From assembly GCA_002104905.1 (NCBI GenBank), contig MCFE01000183.1, positions 1 through 64,000 on the forward strand: a DNA stretch of 64,000 nt, written 5' to 3'. The translations under genes and the position numbers were made by a program. Within the stretch, counting starts at the first letter, position 1; every line of letters starts with the position of its first letter. This document shows, piece after piece, positions 45,470 through 57,905 of the stretch. The notes under the pieces were generated by a model. That model was not told the origin of the DNA, ran no database searches, and saw only the letters and a program-made list of their open reading frames with translations. The DNA comes from Basidiobolus meristosporus CBS 931.73 (taxonomy: Eukaryota > Fungi > Basidiobolomycota).

Positions 45470-46918
45470 TTTTTGTCAGTACTCATGTGAACCTAAGACA
45501 GTCTTGTACTTGAGACTCTGCACCTACATGAATGTAAGATTCAATGATGAGCTTCCACAGTAAGTGTTATAAATAAAGTTGTGGCACCACATACACATAT
45601 TTGTAACACCATTTCCCCTTTGACTTTACTTAATTCCTGAATTATGCCACCATAAAATAAAGCAAAGTTGTCCAGTTGCCAGTCAAACCCCACTGCTGTC
45701 AGTAGCAGAAGAACAGTAGGACAAGGGCTTGCTTTGACATTCTGTGCAACAAGTAGGGCTACAACCAAAAAAGGCCTGGTGGGCAGTTTGCCCACAGAAG
45801 GGAATAATGTGGACTCCTTAAGCTCTCAGTCATGTGGGGAATGGGGAATCTCTACAGAGCCACAAGCCAATCATAATGCTCAGGCAGATGAGAATGTATC
45901 AAGCAGTACCTTCAGTTGAAGACCAGCAAGTGGCCATCATAACATCACCACCACCTGTATTTGCAAATTTGTTATCAGCTCAAACCAAAGAATTAACAAG
46001 GCAGTAAGAAACAGTGGCTGATAGGATCAATGCAATAGCCCAGAGAAGTCAGGAAAAAGTCTAGAAACATGATGAGTGGGTAATATATGTAGAACAATCA
46101 ATATCATAAGTAAAGAATGCACTATCTTTGCTGCCCATAAGGAACTCAGGTACCTTAGTGTCACCACCAAGATTTAAGCCATATCATAATGTAGCAGCAG
46201 AGGAACACTGTACAGTCTTTGAATTACAACCGCAGTGCTCAAGGATAAAGCCCCCAGAAAAACATATCACAGCATGGGAGGGAGACAAGGAGGTGTTTAT
46301 ACCAGAAGCTAAAAATCAAAAGGTATTGAAGCTGCATAAATCCAGAGTCAGAATAATAAGGGTGTAATGGCTAAAAACCCAGTTGCTGCCTCAAGAGCCT
46401 GTTAGAAGCAGGGATGAAAGCTCCAAACAAGCATCAAAGAAACATCAGGTAGCTGAAACAGTGCCAATCAGGGAAATGCAGGAAGATATAGATACACCAG
46501 CACAACATTTACTAAGGAGAAAGCCTAGTTCCACTCAATAACCACTCAGTCAAAGTAGCTGCTAAGGACCTGGCAGGGATAAAAACAAATGGCTACCTTT
46601 GGAGTGTGTTACAACATGGGCTGAGAGCTCAGGGGTGACAAAGAGTGCAAGAAAGTGGCAATAGCCAATCAATGCACACAAATGTAGGAGGTGATGGAGT
46701 TTCTGGGATCAGAAAGTGAGAAAACTGGCAGAAAATCAATCAATAGACACTTTTGTATTGTTGTGATGAAAATCTTGACCAAGTTATTTGTAATATTTGG
46801 GGCACAATTATTTTTGGCAGTCTCTGCACAGTGTCATGATAAGATCAGTACATCTTAGTCATGGGACACACAGTTTGTGATGGCCTTAAGATGGGATTAA
46901 TACAAATATTATCAAAGG
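45470..46918 (+). mobile_element. CMC fragment 3: spacer, internally deleted ORF2 and right end
   Basis: Homologous to ~24210-26748, with gaps. Confidence 0.75.
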
Positions 46919-47079
46919 ATATATTTACAGCTACTTTCTAAAGGGAGCTGTAGAATATAACTAGGTAGAATATCTTCATGGCCAAGAGGCATTTCACAGA
47001 CTTAAATGGTGTATTGTCTCTTCACTTATGGTGTGAGATTGGAGTGAGTAGCTTTACATCCACTTTGATATATATGCTG

Positions 47080-48080
47080 TCAGAAAATTGAGTAAAGATG
47101 ACTGGTTCCCAACTAATCCCCACCTCTGACAGCAGCAGAAGAAGAGTTAAGTAATGCAAAACTGGGTTGGGGGCAACAAACAACTAGTTTTTATTAGGAG
47201 AACTTTACCAAAGTATGCCAGGTTTCTCTTGGTCACAAGTCACTTTCTACACCAATCAATATAGGATTCACATCAAAAAGAGCCAGAGCATACCAATAAA
47301 GGGGACTAGAATTCAATCAGGAGAAGGAATATATTGGCTGAAAACCAAAAAACTCTTTGTGGATGTTCTTGGGGTATACATGGCAGAAGTGGCAGCAATC
47401 AAGCATATGTTTGCAAGATGCATATGTTGCCAGCAGTACAAGGTATATGGCAACTTTGCAAGTATCACACTAAGAAGCTGTAAAGTTGAGGTGATAAAAG
47501 TATGTCAATTGTGGCAGGTGTGCCTGTTTGTAGAGGTTAGTAAATAGGAGGCCACATTTTTATAGATTCAAACTATATGTGGAATACCCTAGCTAAGAGT
47601 GGGTAAGCAAATAAAGAGGGGTGATTCTATAGTGGAATATTTGAATTGCATAAGGGGAGGGAGAAAAAGGAACTACCATTTGGTAATTTGGTATGGTGGC
47701 ATTATACAGAATTAGCTGAAGGCCACCACACTGCCATTATAATGCCCTTGGAGGCTTGCAATGAGGCTGTCAATCCACTGTCAAGTTTATGGCCATATAA
47801 GGCAACTAAATGTACTGGTTGGCTAGATTCCCTGCAATAGTTGTGGAGTGCACTAAGACTGCAATAATTCCATGCCATCCCAGGCAAAATACCACCCAAT
47901 CACCACAAATGCTATAACTTTATTTAGCGGTAAAATTGGTTAACTGCTGTTATAATTCTGTTGAAAAATTGTGTAGAGAGTCATTGATTCCAAGCTGCTA
48001 GTATTTTAATGATCCCCTGATGGGATCCTAATGGCTGATCTGTATTGGATATACCCCTGGGACCAAATTATTTTATAGGG
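47080..48080 (+). mobile_element. CMC fragment 4: transposase C-terminal region and left terminus (opposite orientation to CMC-1)
   Basis: Reverse-complement match to ~20996-21930; ends CCAAATTATTTTATAGGG at 48080. Confidence 0.75.
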
Positions 48081-49588
48081 TAATCTACAAACAAGTATCA
48101 TTCATTTGATTTGTGTATACTTTTCAGGTGCCAATCAAATTCTGGTACACTGCCAATCACTGAGCAGCTGCACTCTCAGACTCTCTACTGCTTTGTATTT
48201 GATCAATGATTGATAATGGTCTGATGCAGTCTTATCTCTAGTAGATCCAATCATCCATAGTTTCATTATAGTGTCAATATCAGATACATTACTATCCAGA
48301 TTTATATAACTGGATCTAGAAAATATCTTCATATATTTTAAATATAGGCTTTTGGGACCAACAACTGGTAAGCATTATGGCTGCCTTGATTTTCACCAGT
48401 AAACCTAGAAATGGCTTCTAAAAATGACTTCAGTAGATCAAATATATCCTTCTAGGCATGGCAAAACTTTCTTGCACTGATATCTATGTCAAGTATACAG
48501 ATGTTCACTTTGCATCTTGATAGGCTTAATAAGGAACCAAAGAAAGCAACAGCCTGATTGGTACCTATTCAAGGAGACTTCATCCTAAACAGGATAGATA
48601 TGGCTACATATATACAATTGCACTAAGCAGTATAAGCTAATAAAGCACTTTCTAATTTTGTAAATCTGCCATAATAGCCACGGCATTCCACTGTTACTAT
48701 TGCTGTAGTATTTAGGCCTAGAGCTTTCTTAAGAGAAGCCACAGACAAGCCCATGATCTTCTGGATCAATTCTAATGCTTATGTTGGCCTTGACAACCAC
48801 TCATCTAGCTCCAACTGCAAGTAAGCTGACTGCATTGGTCACTATGATATTGTTGCTGTCTCTGAATACCTAGTCACCCACCAACTACTGTGCTATCTTC
48901 CCAAGCACCACTGCTCCATCATTCTTTATGATCTGACTGCTGGAACATATCTAGTGTGCTACATAGTCCAAATCTGATTTTGGTATCATCTAACTCCATT
49001 CAGACACTGGCAACTTATTGAAGGTAGGCTTATAGCATATATCTGGCTTTAAGGATGCTGGTTGCTTGATATTCCTTGTTAATCTAAGTCTAGAGCATGC
49101 AGGTTGCCTATCCACTGTGTGATAGATTCCCTTGGACATTTAGGAATCTCCTGCCTTCAAAACACTTATACTCTGAGATGTTTCATTCAAATCAGCCTTC
49201 TAGTAAGATCTGTGACAATTTTCACAAGCTTGATATAGTAATATTTCTTGAGAAGCCATTTCTCCCAGCATCTTGGTAGCAGATTTCAAAGCTGTGGTAT
49301 AGCCTATAACTGGGAGCTGCAAGTAATTTGTTCTGATCATAGTAGCAAGCTCAGCATATGATCCATGCTAATTTTACATGATCATCCATCACTGTATACC
49401 TAAATATATATGTACCAGTGTAGGGCCACTAATATTTTCTTCCAAAATATCTCATATAAATTATGTAGCATACATTAACCCATAGACTTGTTCTGCTGAA
49501 TAACTTCTCATTAAGCCATCAGTGACAACTAGTCTCATAGTGCACCAAGGAGACCAAATTGACCTTTATCTGTCTGCAGAGTGTGAAA

Positions 49589-50075
49589 CAGAGGGCTACA
49601 CTTTCATGCAAAGCAACCCCTGTGTTTCACCCACTATGCCAGAGAAATTCCATTTTTTTACCTTGACTTAGTATTAATGCTGTATATGATGTGTAATAGC
49701 ACCAAAGGGCTTAATACATTCACATAGTACTCAAAACTCATAGCACTCTGAATCTTGCTCCAGAGGTTTGTAACTTGCTATAAAAAGGCATGGGACTATA
49801 CTAGTTTGCTAGTGCTATTGGGTAATATGTTTCTGTATTAACCCCGGAGTAGAACCTATACAAAGCCTTATAGTGCCATGCATTTTTGTTGCAAGTTAGA
49901 AATCTCTGGAGCTAGATTCACATGGCCATGAATAATGAGTACCAAACTCATGTATTCAATCATTCTGTGCTTTTACATATCATGTCAAAAATTGATCAAA
50001 AAAAAGGTCAAAAATACATTTTCTACAGCTTACTTAATGAAAGACAGAGCTACTTTGCATGAAGATGTGCAACTG
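49589..50075. mobile_element. Possible degenerate MITE with ~100-bp imperfect TIRs
   Basis: The left arm (CTTTCATGCAAAG...GAGAAATTCCATTTTT) mirrors the right arm (AAAAATACATTTTCT...CTTTGCATGAAG); a related arm lies at ~59885-59970. Confidence 0.45.
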
Positions 50076-50080
50076 TACTT

Positions 50081-50418
50081 TGTTGCCAAAGCTTATAATC
50101 CTAACTAACTATAAGTCACTTGGAACATTAACTACACATCTCTGAAAATTCCTGCCAGATTCCTAGTGCAAATTTACCTAGTATATTTTCACCAAGATAT
50201 CCAGAACAGTAAGCTTAAGAATTCTCAAAGTTGTCCAGACTACCCCAAAATTTGCACAAATGCTCTTGGGACTTTGCCAAAGATACTTTACATGCTTGCT
50301 ATGACAAGGCCACTTAATAGTATAAAATCTACCTTACATACAATAAATCATTAAATGAAAGACACACAATCTGCTTGTTCTCCAGAACACTTTCAATATC
50401 TCCAAGACTCTGACAGCA
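50081..50418 (+). repeat. Old copia C1-like solo LTR
   Basis: GAATTCTCAAAGTTGTCC, TTTGCACA and CAATATCTCCAAGACTCTGACAGCA are shared with 5324-5672; no TSD. Confidence 0.75.
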
Positions 50419-50534
50419 TGTCTCACATGCTGTGGCCAGGTCTGGTTACACTTGGCATATACATCACTCTGTGCTATTATTTGGCACTAATTGCTCCATG
50501 TGGCACTTCACAGTTGAAGAAAGTTCCATAGCAC

Positions 50535-52980
50535 CCCCTGTGATAAATAATTTGGTCCTGCAGGTGGATCCAATGCAGATTAACCGTCAGGATCCAATTT
50601 GAAGACTATCATAAAACTAGCAGCTTGGAATTGGTCACCCTCTTGACAATCTTATGATGGGATCAAGACAGCATTTTGCTAATTTTACTGCCAACTAAAG
50701 TTATAAAACTTGACAGGGCTTCATTGGTGCTGTGACAATAATTGGATGGCATTGTTGTGGTCTTAATTCACTCTACAACTATTTCAATTAGCCAAGAATT
50801 GAGATATTTCCCAATGTAGCAGCAGAGGAACACTCTACATTTGTTGAAGCACAACAACAGTGCCCAAAGATAAAGCCCACAGAAAAACCTATCATAGCAT
50901 GGGAGGGAGAAAATATAGTATTTATACCAAAGCCTAAATTTCAAAAGGCACTGAAGATCCATGAAGCAATGGAGTGCACCAATGAAGAGTGGGCTAATAT
51001 TCAAGAGGCTGTCAGAAGTCTAGCATGCCAACACCTCAAGGCCAACATACCACAGGACCATCAGAAGCTCAAGGCCAAGCAGAATGTGCTTGACTTGCTC
51101 CATGAGCATTATTGTAAATTTAAACAAGCAGATGGTTTTTGGGCCAGCATTGATATGCTAAGAAAGTATCCTAAGAGTAGCAGAAACTATCAAAGGCAGA
51201 AGAACAAGGGTGCCATAGCTAAAAACTAGCAGCTTCCTCAAGAGTCTGTTACAACAAGGGCTAAAAGCTCCAAACAAGCATCAAAGAGGCATCAAGTAGC
51301 TGGAAGAGTGCCAATTAAAGAAAAGCAGGCAGACATAGATGCACCAGCACAACATTTACTAGCACAAATGAGTAGTCTACTCAAGAATCATTCAGTCAAA
51401 GTAGTAGTGTTGAGCCTGGATATCATAAAAACCAGCAACTACCTCAGGAGCCAGTCACAGCATGAGCTGAGTGCCTCAAGCAAGCAGAAAAGATGCTGTA
51501 GGTTGGCTACAGAGTGCCAGCAAGGGACAAGCAGGCCAAAACAGATGCATAAAAGCAGCATTTAGCAAGGAGATAACGTAGTTCAATACAAGAAGCACTC
51601 AGACAAAGTAGCAGTGAAAGAGCTGGCGGTGATAAAGGAGAAGGTAAAATAAAAAAAGTCTACATAAGCCAGCCACAGAGAAGAATGAGAAAAAGCTGTA
51701 GTTCATGCCAATCAATGCCAAAAGCCCTGAACAGACTGAATCCCATCACAGACATGAAGAATTACCAACAAGAAAACAGCTGTTTTCACAAGAGCTGGAA
51801 GCCAAGCCAGCTGAGCCACACTCCAATGAGGTATACAAGTTTGCAGAGAAAGGCAATTTGTCTACCACAGCCTTCACATCCTCCATTGTTGTTAGACCAG
51901 ATATTCCACTGGCATACAAAGTAACAACCTCAAGAGCTCAAAAGGTTATCACAGTGCCTTTTGTGGAATTTTGGAATATTGATAGGCACACCAAAAGGTT
52001 ACAGCACAGTGCTCAGGAAAATGCACTGGAATATTGCAAGGTTCTATTGCAAAGACTGGCAGATGAGGAGCTAGATCTTGCAGTGCCAGCTGAAGACCAA
52101 GACATGTGGGAACCAGTGAATGAACAGTGGCATAAAGCTATAGGGTTCCCACCCAAGTCATGGATACAGAGCAATACAGCATAAATACTTATTAAGCAGT
52201 GGATTTTAATGGAGTTACCTGCCAAGTGTGGGGCTGAGCTTGATGTTAGTGTACAGTATAGGGACTTGTATAGGTCAAAACTATTGGCAAGTGAAATACA
52301 ACTGAAGTTGCAAAGGAAATAAATCAATTTGTTTGCAGAAATAGTGAGAGAAACACTTGAGTTTGGAAGTAAGGTGTTGAAATAATTAGAAGTCCACTTA
52401 GTTACTAGTATAATAGGAGCTAGCACTTAGTTAAATGACATATTTCTGATTATCAATTTGGAAATTAGTTTGAAAGTTATTTTCTGATTGTTATAAATTA
52501 GGCAATTACAGAATTTTAGAAAAGTTTGATGCTGGTGCAAATTAGTTGAAGCTTGGCACATGTACTTCTGAGACTCCCCTGATAGTAAGCAAATAGCTAC
52601 ATCTATGTAGCTCTGCAATAAGAATAAATTCTATGTTGCAAATCAATAAATCAATAAGTGAATATTATTGAAATCTTCTAATTCTCTATTTCACTTCCAG
52701 TGTATCTCTTGAATATTTCAGCATAAGGAGTGTGAAGAAGTGGCAATAGTCAGTCAATATACACAACCATAGGAGGTGATTGAATGTCTAGGATCATAAG
52801 AGTCAGAGATTTGGAAGAGAACCAATCATGAGCCACTTTTCCATTGATGCAGTGAAAATTTTTGACTAAGTTTTTTGTGAAATCTAGGGTGCAATTTTAT
52901 CTAAATGGTCTTTGCATGGTGGCCTAATGGCATCAATACCTCTTAGTCATAGGATTTAAGCTTTATGAATTTGTCAACAG
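50535..52980 (+). mobile_element. CMC-5: deletion derivative lacking the transposase (left end joined to the ORF2 core near 50790)
   Basis: CCCCTGTGATAAATAA terminus; ORF2 pieces 50969-52184; right-end homology to ~52975. Confidence 0.8.
52375..52723 (+). mobile_element. Solo copia-type LTR, subfamily C3 (349 bp), 5-bp TSD TAAGG
   Basis: TGTTGAAATA...TATTTCAGCA termini; TAAGG at 52370-52374 and 52724-52728; patchy similarity to C2. Confidence 0.85.
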
Positions 52981-53028
52981 GCCAACATAAAACTAGAGAT
53001 CTGTGACTAAGTGGTATTGATACTGTTA

Positions 53029-56000
53029 CCCTATGAAAGTTTATTGAGATAATCCCATCAAAAGGCTGTCACAAAGCTAAAGTCCTGTGACTAAGAGGTA
53101 CTGATCTTGTTGGGACACTGTCCAGAGACCGTTGAAAAATAAATGAGCCCCAGATTTCACAAAAAACATAGTCAAGATTCTTCATCACATCAATGTAGAA
53201 GTGGCTTTTGATTGGTTCCCGGCCAATTTGCTCACTTTCTGATCCCAAACACTCCATTATCTCCTATGTTTGTGGATTGATTGGCTATTGCCTCTTTTTC
53301 ACACTCCTTACTTCCTGACTCAACTGTTTCTCACTTTTCATGCATACTTATTGATTTATCTCTGTTGAAACTTCAGTTGTACCTCAATTGCCAATTGTAT
53401 TGGCCTATACAAGTCTCTATACCCTACCCTAACATTAAGCCCAACCCCACACATAACTAGTAACTCCATTAAAATCAATCACTCAGTAAGTACTTCTGCT
53501 GTCATGCTCTGGTTCCACAACTGTGGTAGAAATGCAATGGCTTTATGCCACTGGTCATTCACTGATTCCCACATGTCTTGGTCTTCAGCTGGTACCGCAA
53601 GATCTAGCTCCTCATCTGTCAGTCTTTGCAATAAATTCTTGCAATATTCCTGTGTGTTTTCATGAGAACTGCTGTTGAAGAGGTGCTGCAACTTCTTGGT
53701 GTGCCTATCAATGTTCCAAAACTCCACTGAAGGCATTGTGATAGTTTTTTGAGCTCTTGATGTTGTAGCCTTGTTTGTCAGTGGGATCTCAACTCTGTCA
53801 ACAATGGAGGCTGTGGAGGCTGTGGTAGACAAGTTACCTTTTTCAGCAAGCTCATCTACCTGGCTGGAGTGTAGCTCAACTGGCTGTGATTCCAACTCTT
53901 GTGAAGACAGCTGATTTCTTGTTGGTAATTCTTCTTGGCTATGATGGGATTCAGTCTTTTCCTGGCCTGCAGCGTTTATTTTCAAGAACTGCAGTTTCTT
54001 TTGCATGCCTCCCTGTTTCAGGCTTAGGTTGATATTTTTCCCTTTGCCTTTTTCTTTATCACTGGCAGATCTTTCATTGCAACTTTGTCTGAGTGCTTCT
54101 TTTAAAGAGCTACTTTTTCTCCTGGATAAATTCTGCTCTGACACATCTGTTTTGCCCTGCTTGTCCCATGCTGGCACTCTTCTGGCTACCAGATATTTCT
54201 TTTCTGCCTGTTTTGAGCTCTCAACTGTAGTTGTGAAAGGCTCCTGTAAAAGCGGCTGACTTTGAGCACTGCCAGGCTCTTCACTGCTACTATGAATGGG
54301 TGCTTCTTGAGTGGTACTATGCTTTTTCCTTGATAAATGCTCTGCTGGTGCATCTGTGTTTGCCTGCTTGTCCCTAATTAGCACTCTTCCAGCTGCCTGA
54401 TGTCTCTTTGATGCTAGTCTGGAGCTTTTGGCCCTGCTTGTAACAGGCTCTTGAGGAAGCCACTGGTTTTTGGCCATGGCACCCTTGTTGTACTGCCTTT
54501 GATAGTTTCTGCTATTCTTAAGATACTTTTTTAGCATACCAATGCTGGCCCAAAACTGGTTTGCCCATTTGAATCCTGGATAATGCTCATGGAACAAGTC
54601 AAGTGCATTCTGCTTGGCCCTGTGTTCCTGATGCTCCCATGATAGGCCAGCCTTAAGGTGATGGCATGCTAAACTTCTGGCAGCCTTTGTAAATTAACCC
54701 ACTCTTCATTATTTCACTCAACTGCTTCACAGATCTTCAATGTCTTTTGATTATTAGGCTTTAGTATAAACACCACATTGTCTCCCTCCCATGCCGTTAT
54801 AGGTTCTTCTGTGGGCTTTATCTTTGGGCACTGTTGTTGTACATCAAAGACTGTATGGTGTTCCTGTGCTGTTACATTGGGAAATGGCTCAATTCTTGGC
54901 TGTGACATTGAGCTACTTGAGTTCCTTCTTTGCAGCAAAGATACTGCTTTCTCTGCCTGGGATATTGATTGCTCTACACATATTATCCACTCATTCTGTT
55001 TATGGACTATTTCCTAATTTCTCTGGGCCATAGCATTTAGCCTATCAGCCACTGCAACTAATTGTGTCATTAATGCTTTGGTATGAGCTGACCGCATACT
55101 TGCTAATATGGGTGGTTGTGATGTTATCAAGGCCACTTGCTGATCTTCAACTGAGGGTACTGTAATTACAACATTGTCATCTGCCTGAGCATAACAGTCA
55201 GCTTGTGGCTCTGCAGAAGTTCTCAATTGCATACTTGACTGAGAGCCTGATAAGTCCACATTGTTACCATCAATGGGCACACTGTACACAGGTCCAATTT
55301 TGGATGTAGTCCCGCTTGTTGCACTGAATGTCAAAGCAAGCTGTTGTCCAACCATTCTTCTGTTGCTGTCAGCAATGGGGTCTGGTTGAGAACCAGACAA
55401 CATTGCTTTATTTTTTGGGAGAATATATATGGAAGTGAGTCAAACCAAAGGGGAAATAGTGTTACATATAAATGTGTATGTGGTGCCCCAACTATACTTA
55501 TAATGCTTACTATGGTGGGTCATCATTGAATCTTACATTCATGTAAGTGCATTGTCTCAAATGCAAGACTGTCTTAAGTTCACATGAGTATTGACCAAAA
55601 AGTGATATCATAGCATCAAATTGTTGAAGGTCAAACTGTTTGCCCCATGGACAAGACTACTTTGACTCAATGCTGTAAGAGAAGAGAAAAAAGACCATGT
55701 GGCTATTGTGGCAAGCCTCTCAGCCATGCAGTATGCAGACAGCATAAGAGGCTAAAATCTGAATCTGCTGCCCATCTTACGGTATCAGAGCAATAATCTG
55801 ATGGTAGTCTCATTGGGATCTGGGCCTAAATCACCATGCAACCCCAATGGCTACCTGTGTCCATTGCTGGATGAATTTTTTATGCTTTCCAGTGGGAATA
55901 ATTGTAAATGGCTGTCATGTAAGAGTGCACATTTTTGTTTACATTGGAGATACCCCAGCCATCAGCAAGATACCAGATTTTTCTGGGCACAATGGACAGT

Positions 56001-57905
56001 ATTGCTGTCAAATGTGTGAGATCCAGGGGATTTACTCCATAACTTACACAAATTATTATTACCCAAAAACCAGCACTAAGAACATCATCTTTCCGCAGAG
56101 AGAACATACAGATGTAAGCATGCTATTGCAGCAAGGTTGGCAAGCAATAAGCCATTGGCTGGAATATTGAATCAATTGGAAACCAGAAATGCTTAAGATA
56201 GAGGGCATCTGTTGGCGCAAAAGCTTTCCACTGGGAGCAATGCATTTGCTTATCAACAATATCCCTATACTGATGACCAAGTTGTACATGAGGCATTTCA
56301 AGCTAAATGAGCCCTTTGAGATACCAGAGAAATTTGGAACAATTGGCAAGATATTTCAGAGTATCCACTGCTCTAGGTACTTCTCATGGGCTTCAATTAA
56401 TTCTCATATGCATATGCAACAATCCAAATGCAAGGACTGGATGAACTGGATATGTATTTATTCAAGTGGTGTTGTGACGCCATTCCTACCACAAATACAT
56501 TGGAAGCACTGGGAGTCATATGTGGACATTGTGGGAATATTTATCCAGAAGCGGATCACCAATGCCAACTTGTCACATCTACAGCTGTTGTGTAAGGAGT
56601 TTGTGACAGGATTATAGTGGCTATACTACAAACATAGAGCTGAACATGTAGATCTCTGCTGCTACTGTATCCATGCTCTACTCCATCTTGCACAGTGTGT
56701 GGAGAATATTGGGTCTTGCTTCACCTTTTGGGAGTTTCCTATGGAGCAGATGTGTGGGGAGATAGGAAGACAAGTCAAGTTGTAGGTACTACCATATCCC
56801 AATCTCATAAAGAATATTCCCTTCAAGTCCATCATGGATGTGATGAGCTGTCACATGGAGGACAGCCAGAAAGAGTTGGAAAATACAGAGGACAAATGTG
56901 CACATGGAGACATCTATGCCTATGGCATTGAGAAGCTAAGCAGCCCCAATGCCTGGGTAATCAGTTAAGTAATGCACAGTTGGGTTGGGTGCAACAAGCA
57001 ACTAACTTTTATCAGGAAAACTCTACCAAAATAAGCTGGATTTCTCATGGTCATAAGCTAACCTCTACACCATTCAATATGGAACTCACACAAACAAAAG
57101 CCAGAGCGCATCTATAAGGGGGACTAGAATCCAGTAGGGAGAAGTAATATATTGCCTAAATACCAAGAGGTTCTTTGCGGATATTCAGGAGGTATTCATG
57201 GCAGAAGTGGCAACAGCCAACCATATGTTTGCAAAATATAAATGTTGCCAGCAGTACAAGGTGTATGGCAAATTTGCAAGTATCACACTAAAAAGCTGTA
57301 AAGTTGATGTGATAGAAGTATGTCAATTGCAGCAGGTGTGCATGTTTGTAGGAGTTAGTAAGCAGGATGCCATACTTTATTCTTTGATTTAAACTATATG
57401 TGGAGTACCCAAGGTAGTGGTGGGTATGCAAATAAAGAGGGGTGATTCTACAATGGAACATATGAATTGCACAAGGGGAGGTAGAAAAAGGAAATGCCAT
57501 TTGGTAAACTGGTACAGTAGCATTATACAGAACCAGCGGTAGGCCGTCATACTGCCAATATAATGCCATCAGAGTCTTGCTGTGAGGCTGTCAAAATACC
57601 ATCCAGTTTCCTGCCATATAAGGCAATTGAGTGTCCTGGCCAACTGGATCCACTTACAATAGTTATAGAGTGCTGAAAGACCACAACAATACCATGCAAA
57701 TATCCTCACAGCACCAACAAAATATTGTCAAGTTTTATCCCTTTATTTTGTTGTAAAATTAGCAAAACACCATCATGATCTTGTCATAAGATAGTTAGGA
57801 GGGTCACCAATTCCAATCTGCTGCTACTCTGACGGTCTCTAAACAGGATCTTGATGGCCAATCTGGATTGAATCCACCTGTAGGACCAACTTATTTTCAT
57901 GGGGG
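53029..57905 (+). mobile_element. CMC-6 with both termini; ORF2 on - (~53360-55424), transposase on + (ATG 55647) with a ~0.9-kb internal deletion near 55755
   Basis: CCCTATGAAAG at 53029 and TTTTCATGGGGG ending 57905; 372-aa ORF2 piece 53479-54597; transposase ORFs 55847-56617. Confidence 0.88.

Noticed and set aside
52013-54259. Many antisense ORFs over the CMC and retroelement genes (e.g. 52013-52426, 54005-54259, 27152-27460, 39993-40349)
   Set aside because: They are shadow frames of the identified TE proteins with no independent evidence.
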